A DNA stretch of 64,000 nucleotides from Octopus sinensis (Eukaryota). The stretch covers positions 124,001 to 188,000 of the forward strand of contig NW_021830031.1 of NCBI RefSeq assembly GCF_006345805.1, read 5' to 3'. The notes under the pieces are model-generated. The model made no database searches, was not told where the DNA came from, and saw only the letters and a program-made list of their open reading frames with translations. Every line of letters starts with the position of its first letter. The first letter of the stretch is position 1. Positions 1 to 12,394 of this stretch are shown here, one piece after another. Made by a program: the position numbers and the translations under genes.

Positions 1-95
1 GATTGTTCCAACAGTGGCAAAAGTATGCTTTATTCAGTATTTAGTAACTAAGGAAAATAAATTCAAATGAATTAGTGTTATCTCCCTTTAAGAGA

Positions 96-1422
96 GAGAT
101 ATCCACATATATTAAGAGTTGAACATAAAGTTAAGACCTATGATAAAAGATATCCACATATATTAAGAGTTGAACATAAAGTTAAGACCTATGATAAAAG
201 ATATCCACATATATTAAGAGTTGAAAATAAAGTTAAGACCTATGATAAAAGATATCCACATATATTAAGAGTTGAACATAAAGTTAAGACCTATGATAAA
301 AGATATCCACATATATTAAGAGTTGAAAATAAAGTTAAGACCTATGATAAAAGATATCCACATATATTAAGAGTTGAACATAAAGTTAAGACCTATGATA
401 AAAGATATCCACATATATTAAGAGTTGAAAATAAAGTTAAGACCTATGATAAGAGATATCCACATATATTAAGAGTTGAAAATAAAGTTAAGACCTATGA
501 TAAAAGATATCCACATATATTAAGAGTTGAAAATAAAGTTAAGACCTATGATAAAAGATATCCACATATATTAAGAGTTGAAAATAAAGTTAAGACCTAT
601 GATAAAAGATATCCACATATATTAAGAGTTAAACATAAAGTTAAGACCTATGATAAAAGATATCCACATATATTAAGAGTTGAAAATAAAGTTAAGACCT
701 ATGATAAAATATATCCACATATATTAAGAGTTGAACATAAAGTTAAGACCTATGATAAAAGATATCCACATATATTAGAGTTGAAAATAAAGTTAAGACC
801 TATGATAAAAGATATCCACATATATTAGAGTTGAAAATAAAGTTAAGACCTATGATAAAAGATATCCACATATATTAAGAGTTGAAAATAAAGTTAAGAC
901 CTATGATAAAAGATATCCACATATATTAAGAGTTGAACATAAAGTTAAGACCTATGATAAAAGATATCCACATATATTAAGAGTTGAAAATAAAGTTAAG
1001 ACCTATGATAAAATATATCCACATATATTAAGAGTTGAACATAAAGTTAAGACCTATGATAAAAGATATCCACATATATTAAGAGTTGAACATAAAGTTA
1101 AGACCTATGATAAAAGATATCCACATATATTAAGAGTTGAAAATAAAGTTAAGACCTATGATAAAAAAGATATCCACATATATTAAGAGTTGAACAAAGT
1201 TAAGACCTATGATAAAAGATATCCACATATATTAAGAGTTGAACATAAAGTTAAGACCTATGATAAAAGATATCCACATATATTAAGAGTTGAAAATAAA
1301 GTTAAGACCTATGATAAAAGATATCCACATATATTAAGAGTTGAACATAAAGTTAAGACCTATGATAAAAGATATCCACATATATTAAGAGTTGAAAATA
1401 AAGTTAAGACCTATGATAAAAG
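96..1422. repeat. 51-bp tandem satellite, about 26 copies
   Basis: Unit AGATATCCACATATATTAAGAGTTGAA(C/A)ATAAAGTTAAGACCTATGATAAA repeated head-to-tail; two main variants (GAACATAAA / GAAAATAAA). Confidence 0.97.
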
Positions 1423-1444
1423 TTCTATTTCTTATAAAATAATA

Positions 1445-1765
1445 ATGCTAAATATATGCATACGCATACATACATACATACATACATACATACATACATA
1501 CATACATACATACATACAGAGAGACATACACATACATACATGCCCATACATACATGCACATGCATACATACATACACATACATACATGCACACACATACA
1601 CATACAAATATAGATACACATACACACACATACATACACACACATACATACATGTACAAACATTCACATACATGCACATATAAACACATACACCAATACA
1701 CATAAACACACACACCAACACATATACATACACATACATATGCACACACATACATATACATATGT
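1445..1765. repeat. (TACA)n/(CA)n compound microsatellite
   Basis: Directly visible; source of several spurious ORFs. Confidence 0.95.
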
Positions 1766-1852
1766 TTTCATGTTGCCTGTCTTGTTTTTACATATGTTGC
1801 TTACCCAACCCAACCCAACCCAACCCAACCCGTTTGTACTGGTGACACCAAT

Positions 1853-2261
1853 GCCATAGCGTCGACCGTGGGCCGGTAGCTGTGTACAGTCGCCTCAATG
1901 TCGCCCAGAGCGAGCTCTGGTCGCCATAGCGTCGACTGTGGGCCGGTAGCTGTGTACAGTCGCTTCAATGTCGCCCAGAGCGAGCTCTGGTCGCCATAGC
2001 GTCGACCGTGGGCCAGTAGCTGTGTACAGTCGCCTCAATGTCGTCCAGAGCGAGCTCTGGTCGCCATAGCGTCGACTGTGGGCCGGTAGCTGTGTACAGT
2101 CGCCTCAATGTCGCCCAGAGCGAGCTCTGGTCGCCATAGCGTCGACTGTGGGCCGGTAGCTGTGTACAGTCGCCTCAATGTCGCCCAGAGCGAGCTCTGG
2201 TCGCCATAGCGTCGACTGTGGGCCGGTAGCTGTGTACAGTCGCCTCAATGTCGTCCAGAGC
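1853..2261. repeat. 70-bp GC/CpG-rich minisatellite, about 5.8 copies
   Basis: Units start at 1853, 1923, 1993, 2063, 2133, 2203; 45/70 G+C by count; each full unit contains the inverted repeat CCAGAGC-GA-GCTCTGG. Confidence 0.97.
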
Positions 2262-2403
2262 TTTGCCCATGACACTCCAGTAAGTAAGGCATGCCCTAAG
2301 TAAGGCATGTGTAAAATTTGAATGAAATTGGTTGTGTAGTTCTCAAGTTTTAGGGATTCACACAGACAGACAGACACACATTCTCAGTGTTATGTATATA
2401 GAT
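2262..2403 (+). mobile_element. 3' part of a non-autonomous Helitron/HINE-like element
   Basis: Matches the element at 6021-6362 (CCCATGACACTCC...TAAGTAAGGCATGTGTAAAATTT...ACAGACAGACACACATTCTCAG..TATATAGAT). Confidence 0.65.
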
Positions 2404-3229
2404 ATGTGTATGTATATATATATGCACATACATACATGGAGCTCTAAAATTTGAGAGTTAACGCCCCTGTTGGGGGTGGGCGTCTTAATGTCAACCAGAG
2501 AAGTTGAATTGTTGAGAATCTTTTTTACTTGGGTCTTATATCTGTTGTTTGAATTTCTTTGAAATAGGAAATATATGTTCACTGGGTTTGTAAAAGAGAG
2601 CAAAGCTACAGGAAATCAAAAGACTAAGGATCACAGTAAGCAGTCAGCTACAGTACCCTAGACGTTACCACTCCCAATGTAGTATTCATCATCCAGGTGA
2701 CAGGCACAGCAGTAAGATGTATTACGAATCTATAGCAATTGGAAGGGCGTGACCCAACTGAAATAAACATTAACAACTGTGTGACGTGAGGGCTAAGGAG
2801 AAATGAAGGTTGCAGTTTGCAAATGACCACTATACTGATATGTAACTGGACAGAATAAATTTACAATCTATAAATGTCTTTGAATAACCAGTCACTCATC
2901 TGGGAAGGCCTTGAAATCAATGTTACCATGTAGGGACTGTGCGTGACCGAGTGATAATAAAAAGACTGAAAGGAGGTCTGCAATCAAATAACTTTACTCA
3001 ACACTTTGCAACTGAATCAGTGGAGGCAAAGATGCCTCTCATTTACTTGACAATTTATGCAGCACATTGCAGAAATCATAATGTAAGTGTATGTCAAAGC
3101 AAACTCTTACACTGTTGTACCATTGAATTACAAATAATGCGCATCTTCTATGCTCGGATGACCCCACAGCTTCCAAGAGTACAACTATTCGTCTTTGCTT
3201 AGATAAAATGACAAAATTATGGGTGTTCA

Positions 3230-3845
3230 GTCGCCATGGTGGGTTCTTAATAACTTGTAAGAAGATGAAATTTTATAAATATTACTTTATTTGTATCTAA
3301 TCTCTATGGTTAAAATTTCATCAACAGCAAAAATATATGCATTGTCATGGGGGTTGTGGCCCTTATGCATAGAATATAATTTCCAAATTTCGTAAAGATC
3401 CATTCAGTACTTTTGACCTAGTTTTGAATCATAAAAGAAATGACTAAAATTTGGGAGTTAAGGCCCCCATTTGGGTGTCTTAGAATCTTCATGTGAAGTG
3501 GAAACTTTGAGAATACTTCTTGATGTGTGTCAATAACCCATGGTTGAAATTTCATCAACATCGAAAATTTATGAATTTCCTTGGGGTTCTTCCCCCTTTA
3601 AGCCATCTGAAATTCAAACCAAACATATTGCATTATACTCGCCCTTATGCATTGAATCTAAGTTTCAAATATCATAAGGATCCATTCAGTAATTTTGGTC
3701 CATGACGTATGAAACACACAGCATTACCCTTCTCCCTAGGCTTGGATTTTGTGTTCCAAATTTCATTATGATAGGTGCAGCAATTTTCGAATGTATAAGT
3801 AATACACGAACACATAAAAACATTGTCTTTGATATAATAAATATG
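3230..3845 (+). mobile_element. Helitron/HINE-like element with degenerate internal core repeats
   Basis: Repeated AAATTTCATCAAC / CCCTTATGCAT / GATCCATTCAGTA modules, ending ACACGAACACATAAAAACATTGTCTTTGATATAATAAATA; the layout resembles DINE-1/HINE elements. Confidence 0.5.
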
Positions 3846-3925
3846 AACGTACACATATACATACATGTATATATATATGCGTACGTGCGTGTGTGTGCGT
3901 GCGTGTGTGTGTGTGTATTATATAC

Positions 3926-3949
<24 letters not shown>

Positions 3950-3958
<9 letters not shown>

Positions 3959-4238
3959 AAGATAAATTGATAGATACAACTGAGTGGGCAAACAAAAATA
4001 TGAGACACAGCGTAGTGGTTTTTTTATGTTGATAAGCCTGGTACTTATTCTATTAGTTTCTTCTTTTTGAAACCAGTAAGTTATGGGGATATAAATAAAC
4101 GAAGAGCAGTTGTGAAGCAGTGATGAGGGTGAAACACAGAAACAAAGTCACACACATACACTTAAATATATACATACATATATATACGATTGATTTCTTT
4201 AAGTTTCTGTCTACGAAATCTATCTATCTATATATATG

Positions 4239-4273
<35 letters not shown>

Positions 4274-4739
4274 GTATGAACACACACACACACACACAAA
4301 GATAAATTGTGCGGGCAAACAAAAATATGAGATACTGCCTAGTGGGTTTTTTTTTATTTTGATAAGCCTGGTACTTATTCTATCAGTTTCTTCTTGTGAA
4401 ACCAGTAAGTTATGGGGATGTAAATAAACGAACACCAGTTGTGAGGCAGTGATTTGGGAGAAACACAAAGACACACACACAGACTTACATATATACATAC
4501 ATATATATACGATTGATTTCTTTCAGTTTCTGTCTACAAAATCCACTGACAAGGCTTTGGTTGGTCTGAGGCTATAGCAGAAGACACATGCCAAGTCACT
4601 ACACAGTGGGACTGAACTGAGGACCATGTGTTTTGGAACGAAGTTTGTTACCACACAGCTACACCTGCACCTGTGTGTGTGTATGTGTGTATGGGTGTAT
4701 ATATGTATGCATGTATATATGTGAATATATATGTGTACA

Positions 4740-4808
<69 letters not shown>

Positions 4809-5092
4809 AAGATAAATTGATAGATACAACTGAGTGGGCAAACAAAAATATGAGACACAGCGTAGTGGTTTTTTTATGTTGATAAGCCTGGTACTTATTC
4901 TATTAGTTTCTTCTTTTTGAAACCAGTAAGTTATGGGGATGTAAATAAACGAAGAGCAGTTGTGAAGCAGTGATGAGGGTGAAACACAGAAACAAAGTCA
5001 CACACATACACTTAAATATATACATACATATATATACGATTGATTTCTTTAAGTTTCTGTCTACGAAATCTATCTATCTATATATATGTGTG

Positions 5093-5124
<32 letters not shown>

Positions 5125-5600
5125 ATGAACACACACACACACACAAAGATAATTGTGCGGGCAAACAAAAATATGAGATACTGCCAAGTGGGTTTTTTTT
5201 TATTTTGATAAGCCTGGTACTTATTCTATCAGTTTCTTCTTGTGAAACCAGTAAGTTATGGGGATGTAAATAAACGAACACCAGTTGTGAGGCAGTGATT
5301 TGGGAGAAACACAAAGACACACACACAGACTTACATATATACATACATATATATACGATTGATTTCTTTCAGTTTCTGTCTACAAAATCCACTGACAAGG
5401 CTTTGGTTGGTCTGAGGCTATAGCAGAAGACACATGCCAAGTCACTACACAGTGGGACTGAACTGAGGACCATGTGTTTTGGAACGAAGTTTGTTACCAC
5501 ACAGCTACACCTGCACCTGTGTGTGTGTATGTGTGTATGGGTGTATATATGTATGCATGTATATATGTGAATATATATGTGTACATCTATATATATATAT
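3950..5600. repeat. Tandem duplication, period 850 bp, made of minus-strand SINE A fragments
   Basis: GATAAATTGATAGATACAAC at 3961 and 4811; the units are near-identical and joined in (TA)n. Confidence 0.93.
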
Positions 5601-6020
5601 ACACATCTACTCATATACATGTATACATATACATCTTTATGTATAGAAATAAATGTATACATATACAGCTATACACACATACACAGCTATACACACATAC
5701 ACACACACACATACATAGGTGCAGGTGTGGCTGTGTGGTAACAAACTTCGTTCCAAAACACATGGTTCTGGGTTTAAATTTGAATTTAAAATAATAAGGG
5801 TGAGAAATTGAATATTAATTTGATTGATATGAATTGAAAACCAGTGGTGTAGCATACAAGACCAAAGCGGATCTTTTTTTAGCAATATGGATGTCCACTG
5901 TTAATGGTTCATTCCTCTTATATAATAGTTTGACTTTAATAGTTTCAGTATTAAAGTGAAAGTATCTGACATTACAATAGAGAGATGTTTTTGTTTCACT
6001 TTTAACACGTAATACTGAAA

Positions 6021-6362
6021 TAGTGGAGAAGATATGATATTGTTGTAGGCTCGTCCTAGGCAAGAAGTTAGAAGTTTTTTTGCCCGTGGCACTACATGGA
6101 CCCTAAGTAAGGCATGTGTAAAATTTCATTGAAATTAGTTGTGTAGTTCTCAAGTTTTAGGGATTCATAGTGGAGTAGATATATTGCTGTGGGCTCGCCC
6201 TAGGCAAAAAGTTTTTTAAAAAATTACCCATGACACTCCCTGGACCCTAAGTAAGGCATGTGTAAAATTTGAATGAAATTGGTTGTGTAGTTCTCAAGTT
6301 TCAGGGAAACACACAGACAGACAGACACACACACACATTCTCAGTTTTATATACATAGAGAT
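6021..6362 (+). mobile_element. Helitron/HINE-like element with two 147-bp core repeats
   Basis: TAGTGGAG at 6021 and 6168; 3' end ACAGACAGACACACACACACATTCTCAGTTTTATATACATAGAGAT. Confidence 0.65.
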
Positions 6363-7369
6363 AACAACCATGGTTTCTGACAAGTATATGGCTACACATT
6401 TGGGGAGAAATCTCTTATGAACTATTACATTGGCTCTCCATATTTGACTGGTTTTATTTATTAACCCAAGGATGAAAGGCAAATTTGTCTTTGATGGGAT
6501 TAGAACTAAATATACTTTTCTATTCTAGGCACTAAGCCCGAAATTTTTGAGGAGGGAGCCAGTCAATTAGATCGACCCCAGTACACAACTGGTATTTAAT
6601 TTACTGACTCTGAAAGGATGAAAGGCAAAGTCAACCTCACCAGAGTTTGAACTCAGACCATAACGGCAGACGAAATACAGCTAAGTATTTCGCCTGGTGA
6701 GCTAATGTTTCTGCCAGCTCATTGCCTTATTAGAACTGAATATGGCTATGCTTATGTGTCTGCCATTTTACTGATTCTTCCAAAACTCTGCCCTTAACTG
6801 TAACAACTAAAAGAAACTAGAAAGATGTGACTGGTGAACTTTCTAATTTCGGTACAAGACTAGCAAGTTTTAAATGAAGGGACAAGTTGATTATGTTGAC
6901 CTCAGAAGGCAAGATAATTGTATCAATGCTAGTAATTGACTGGTAACTATTTTATTGACTCTGAAAAAGAAAGGCAATGCCAACCTCGGTGGAATTTGAA
7001 CTCAGAACATAAAAAGCCAGAAGAAATGCTGCTTAGCAGTTTGCCCAATGAGCTAACGATTTTGGTAGCTCATTACCTTTATAAAGACGTAAATAATAGC
7101 AATATTAATTAGTGCTTGTCTTAAATATTGAATGTAGTTTGCTTGTTGTAAATACTTTTTATCTTTTACTTGTTTCAGTTATTGGACTGTGGCCATGCTG
7201 GAGCACCACGTTGAACGGTATTAATCAAATCAATTGGCTCCAGTACTTATTTTCTGAAAGTCTGATGGTCCTTATTCTATCAGTATCTTTTGCTGAGCTG
7301 TTGTTACGGGGATGTAAACAAAACAACACTGAATGTCAAGTGGTGGTGGAGGGAAGGGGACAGCCATAG

Positions 7370-7381
7370 ACAGACAGACAG

Positions 7382-7456
<75 letters not shown>

Positions 7457-7465
7457 TATATATAG

Positions 7466-7538
<73 letters not shown>
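7370..7538. repeat. Compound microsatellite (GACA)n(CA)n(TA)n(GA)n(GATA)n
   Basis: Directly visible. Confidence 0.97.
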
Positions 7539-7725
7539 TGGCTGGTTTATGGAGTTACCTGGGGTTTCCCGTCCATAAAGCACTTAGTTTTACAGCATTT
7601 CTTCAGACCCTAACTCTTTTGGCCTGAGGTCATAGACCAATGAGTTTAAGGTCTGAAGAAACACTGTAAAACTAAGTGATTTATGGACATGAAACCTAGG
7701 GTAACCCCATAAACCGGCCATATCT
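7534..7725. mobile_element. Fold-back element with about 84-bp inverted arms (MITE or Penelope-derived)
   Basis: Left arm AGATATGGCTGGTTTATGG...CTTCAGACCCTAACTC is the imperfect reverse complement of right arm GAGTTTAAGGTCTGAAG...CCATAAACCGGCCATATCT; loop about 25 nt. Confidence 0.75.
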
Positions 7726-7801
7726 GTCTTTATGCATATACTCCACTTCTCTATAACTTAGTGTTCTTCTTTTACAGATCTATGATTTACTGACGATATA
7801 C

Positions 7802-7847
<46 letters not shown>

Positions 7848-7849
<2 letters not shown>

Positions 7850-8245
7850 TAGCAGTATCGCCCGGCGTTGCTCGGGTTTGTAAGGGAAATAACTATAAAG
7901 CATTTTTAGAGAATTATAGCCAAAAAATAGCAAAAAAATGTATTAAAAATGGAAAAAAAAATGATGGTAAATTTTTTTTAAATCGTTGACTCATCGTAGA
8001 CATTTTTAGAGAGTTACTTCCCTTATATAATAGCGAAAAATGCATTAAAATGGAAAAAAATTATGGTAAATTATTTTTAAAATCGTAGACTCATCGTAGA
8101 CGCGCTCTAATACCCAGAAGGGTTCGATATGAATCACGACTATAAGATACCTGGTTTTGGTTAAACTGCACCGCAAAATGTGGGAGTAGTTAGGAATCTA
8201 AATCGTAGGAGAAAGACACACAACTTGACTTTTATATATAAAGAT
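7848..8245 (+). mobile_element. Non-autonomous Helitron-like element
   Basis: Starts ACTAGCAGTATCGCCCGGCGTTGCTCGGG and ends ACAACTTGACTTTTATATATAAAGAT; second copy inverted at 55904-56273; termini resemble Lep1/HINE-type elements. Confidence 0.75.
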
Positions 8246-8426
8246 ATATATATATATATAAAGTTAATCCAAACAAGAAAACACAAAAAAAAAACACAAC
8301 AACGCGAGGACGTGGAACAAAATATAGTATTATCGGACGCTCAGGAAAGAAGGAAAGATCCCAAGGGGGGAAGACAGAGGGAAAAAAATCGCCAGCGGTA
8401 CACACGAGGTCACACATATATATATA

Positions 8427-8616
8427 GGTGCAGGCGTGGCTGTGCGGTAAGAAGCTTGCTTCCCAGCCATATGGGTCCTGGTTCAGTCCCGCTGCGTGGT
8501 ACCTTGGGCAAGTGATTTCTACTATAGCCTCAGGCCAACCAAAGCCTTGTGAGTGGAATTGGTAGACAGAAACTGAAAGAAGCTTATTGTATATATATAT
8601 ATATATAATATTATAT

Positions 8617-8649
<33 letters not shown>

Positions 8650-8840
8650 ATGTCTATGTCTGTGTTTGTCCCCACCATCATCGCTTGACAACTAATGTTG
8701 ATGTGTTCACATCTCCGGAATTTAGCGGTTTGGTAGAAGAGACCGATAAAATAAGCACCAGGCTTACAAAGAATAAGTCCTGGGGTTGATTTCTTCAACT
8801 TAAAGAATGGCCACAGTCAGTTGACTGAAAGAGTAAAAGA
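8427..8840 (+). mobile_element. tRNA-derived SINE family A (representative copy)
   Basis: tRNA-like head with A/B-box-like motifs (TGGCTGTGCGGTAAG; GGTTCAGTCCC), CORE-like CCTTGGGCAAG, internal (TA)/(TG) tract; many other copies in the window. Confidence 0.85.
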
Positions 8841-9319
8841 AAAAAAGAATATATATGACAGGCTTCTTTCAGTTTCCTTCAACCAAATCCATTCACAAGG
8901 CTTTGATCGGCCCGAGGCTATAGTAAAAGATACTTGCCGAAGGTGCCATGCGGTGTGACTGAACCTGAAACCGTGTAGTTGGGGAAACAAGTTTCTTATC
9001 CCTTCAGCCAGCAATAGATTGTCAAGTGTAGCCCCTACCTCACTCTGTCTAGAGACACAGCAAGACAAAAAGGGGAGGGGTAGCAAGGGAGCAGTTTTGC
9101 TCAGGTGCAGAGGGTAAAGAGACACGAAATTCCCAAAATTCCCTCCTTAGTTCTAGGTTTATGGATGTGAAACATTGTGAGATATTTCAAAGCGAATTTA
9201 TTTTTGGCCCCCCGGCAGAGTTAAAGGTGGTAATTAATTATTTGTGTTAATGTCATTAAGTGAGTAGCAACGAGTCCTGAAACAAATAATCGAAACATTT
9301 TTCAGAAAGTAGACTCAAT

Positions 9320-9443
9320 GCAGTGTGGTGGCAGCGGTGGTGGTGGTGGTGGTGGTGATGGTGGTGGTGGTGGTAGTTGTAGTGGTGGGTTAGGGACAGG
9401 TGTGTGTGTGTGTTGTGGAGTGCAAAACAGACTTCTAACACAT

Positions 9444-9479
<36 letters not shown>

Positions 9480-9480
9480 T

Positions 9481-9573
<93 letters not shown>

Positions 9574-9991
9574 CCTCCCCAACCACCCAACCCCAGCACT
9601 GTGGACCCTTGCTAGGTCACTGGCTCCCTACCACCCGAATAGAAAGGTAGATATATATTTACAGATTTAAGGGTGACTGTGGCTAAACAACATCAACAAC
9701 AGTTACCACTATTACTACTAACACCTCTGCTACTACCACAATTACTACTACTGCTCCTCCTCTTCCCCCTTCTCCTCTTCCCCCTCCTCCTCTTACTACT
9801 ACTACTACTACTGCTATTACTACTGCTACTACTACGACTACTACTACTACTACTACTCTGCTACTGCCATCAACACCACCACCACCACTACTACTACTGC
9901 CACCACCACCACCACTACTACTACTACTACAACAACTACTACTACTACTACCCTGCTGCTGCCACCACTACCTCCACCACCACCACCACCA

Positions 9992-10036
<45 letters not shown>

Positions 10037-10090
10037 CACTACTACTACTACTGCTACTACTACTACTGCTTCTGCTGCTGCTGCTACATT
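9320..10090. repeat. Low-complexity block: (GGT)n, (CA)n, (CT)n, (CTA/CCA)n
   Basis: Directly visible. Confidence 0.9.
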
Positions 10091-10271
10091 AAAAAGGCCA
10101 GGAATTTATAAGAGGGTCATGACTAGAAACATGACAAATATCCCTGTGCACTCTATGAACCCCCATAAAATTTGTCAGGTTAACCTTTTTCTCACAATGA
10201 CATCACTCTGAATAAGTTCAAGAGCAATGGCTATGGGCTTGCCCCATCTTTTATGGACAAACCAGTAACAT

Positions 10272-10985
10272 GTAGGCACAGCTGTGTGGTAAGAAGCTTG
10301 CTTCCTGACCAAATGGTTCCGGGTTCATTCTCATTGTGTGGCAACTTGGGAAAGTATCTTCTGCTATAGCCTCAGGCCAACCAAAGCCTTGTGAGTGGAT
10401 CTGGTAGATGGAAACTGAGAGAACCCCGTCGTATAACATCCTCATCATCATTTAATGTCCATCTTCCATTCTGGCATGGATTGGACGGTTTGATAGGAGC
10501 TGGCCAGGCAGGAGCCTGCACTGGGCTTCAGTGTCTGTTTTGGCAGGGTTTTTATGGCTGGATGCCCTTCCCAAGACCAACAACCTTGCAGAGTGGACTG
10601 GGTGCTTTTTTACTTCGCACCAGCACAGGTAAGATCAGATCTGGCAGGGGTTTTATAGCTGGTTGCCTTTCCAAATGCCAACCACTTCAGAGTGTAGACT
10701 GGATGCTTTTTACACCAAGTAACTTGGAAAACAAAGAATTTTGAGATACGTATGTATTTATGTGTATGTGTCTTTGTGTCTGTGTTTGTCTCCCACCACC
10801 ACTTGACAACCGGTGTTGGTGTGTTTACATCTCCGTCACTTAGCGGTTTGGCAAAAGAGACTGATAGAATAAGTACTAGGCTTTGAAAAATATTAAGTCC
10901 TTGGGTCGATTTGTTCGACTAAAAAATCCTTCAGGGTGGTGCCCCAGCATGGCCACAGTCAAATGACCAAAGCAAGATAAAAGAA
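10272..10985 (+). mobile_element. SINE A interrupted by a minus-strand SINE C (about 10436-10750)
   Basis: SINE A head to GAGAACCCCGTCGTATA, then CATCATCATTTAATGTCC... (SINE C tail, reversed), then SINE A resumes at TATGTGTCTTTGTGTCTG. Confidence 0.75.
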
Positions 10986-11205
10986 AATTGGTTTTCAATT
11001 TTGGCACAAGGCCAACCATTGTGTGGAAGGAGTTAGGTCAATTGCACCGTCCCCAGTACTCCACTGGTACTTATTTCATCACCCCCGAAAGGATGAAAGA
11101 AAATCAACCTCAGCAGAATTTGAACACGAAACCTTAAAACAAATGAAATGCTGCTAAGCATTTTGCCAGTATGCTAACGATTCTGCCAGCTCATTACCTT
11201 AAATA

Positions 11206-11579
11206 ATTACCTCCACCTTAGCAAAGGCAGAAGTATTGTTTTCAGTTGTGTTTGTTTGTTTGTTTGTCCGTGGACAAGATATCTTAAGAACCACTGGATG
11301 GATTCGGATGAAACTTTCAGGAATGTTTGGCCTCATCACTGGCATGAACTGATTAGATATTGAGATTGATGCACTACTGGACAAGGATTCTTGATAATTT
11401 TTCCTGCTTTGTTCCTTCTTAATTTTTGAGAGCATTCGGGTTCACTTTCAGTATTCCTGTTTGTGAGAGCAGTCAAGTTTATTTCAGACATTCTCATTTT
11501 AAAAATCATCTCTGGCTAATCGTTGAGAGGACATTGGTGTTGCCTTGGTGGAGGTTTGCGCTCTCTGAGTGCTCTTGTT
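11206..11579 (+). mobile_element. HINE (Helentron-associated element)
   Basis: Sub-terminal inverted repeats ACCTCCACC..AAGG / CCTTGGTGGAGGT, 5' hairpin, (GTTT)n tract, 3' stem-loop GCGCTCTCTGAGTGC: the established HINE architecture. Confidence 0.75.
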
Positions 11580-11887
11580 ATTATTTGTAATATTCACACA
11601 TATAACTGGCACTTATGTTATTGATACTTGAGGAATGAAAGGTTGGGTAGGAAATCAAACTCCAGCAGGATTTGAACTCACAAACATAAATAGACTAACC
11701 ATAGACTAGTCTACATGTTTTGGAGGAAGAGAATGTAATTGATTCATTTAACCCCAGTATTTTACTGGTATTTTCTGCATTATCTTCTGTCTTTATGTTT
11801 TGAATTATAATTCCACCAAAGTAGACTTTGTTTTTCATTTTTTGGGGCTCAATAAATATGTACCATTTGAGCACCAGGGTTGATAGT

Positions 11888-12144
11888 GGAGGCACATGGC
11901 TTAGTGGTTAGGGGTGTTGGACTCATGATTGTAAGATTGTGTTTTCAATTCCTGGACCAGGCAATGCATTGTGTTCTGGAGCAAAACACTTCATTTCATG
12001 TTGCTCCAGTCCACTCAACTGACAAAAATGAGTAACCCCACGATGGACCAGCATCTCGTCCAGGTGGAGAATGTATACGCCATGAAACCAGGTAACCAGC
12101 CCTTGTGAGTCAGCAAGACTCAAGAAGCTAACTTTACCTTACCT
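11888..12144 (+). mobile_element. tRNA-derived SINE family E with V-domain-like body
   Basis: Head GGAGGCACATGGCTTAGTGGTTAG; body GAGCAAAACACTTCATTTCATGTTGCTCCAGTCCACTC...GATGGACCAGCATCTCGTCCAGG; tail (CCTTA)n. Related copies near 31230-31390 (-), 61665-61850 and 63945-64000. Confidence 0.7.
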
Positions 12145-12161
12145 TAACTGGTGTCAATGTA

Positions 12162-12326
12162 CCGTATTTTAACGTGTATAAGGAACCCCTTAATTTTGGG
12201 GGCTTAAAATTTGGAAAAAAAAGTTTTGTAAGGTATTATAATACTATCTACGTTTAAAAAACTCCCATATTTTTTAAACCCAAATTTTGACGAAAAAAAG
12301 GGTTCCTTATACACATTAAAGTTCAG
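12162..12326. mobile_element. Tc2/pogo-like MITE
   Basis: TA-CCGTATTTTAACGTGTATAAGGAACCC ... GGGTTCCTTATACACATTAAAGTTCAG-TA: imperfect TIRs with TA flanks. Confidence 0.75.
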
Positions 12327-12394
12327 TAATCAATTAGCACATTTCCTCAAAAATTTCAGGCTTTGTGCCTACAACAGAAAGCATTATTATAGTT

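Noticed and set aside
1190-1761. ORFs of 71-171 aa from the ORF track
   Set aside because: Translations of the 51-bp satellite and (TACA)n. The same applies to the many YI/CV/HT-repeat ORFs throughout the window.
1803-1831. (CCCAA)n as telomeric repeat
   Set aside because: The molluscan telomere repeat is TTAGGG; this is a short internal pentamer.
1853-2261. CRISPR-like array (palindromic repeats)
   Set aside because: The units are contiguous with no unique spacers, the context is eukaryotic, and there are no cas genes. The same holds for 48812-48972.
2590-3230. Unique-looking sequence as exon or transposase
   Set aside because: Stops in all frames and no recognisable motif; left unassigned.
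7640-7710. Hammerhead ribozyme (CTGAAGA...GAAAC)
   Set aside because: The core words are present but stem II and the cleavage-site geometry cannot be formed convincingly.
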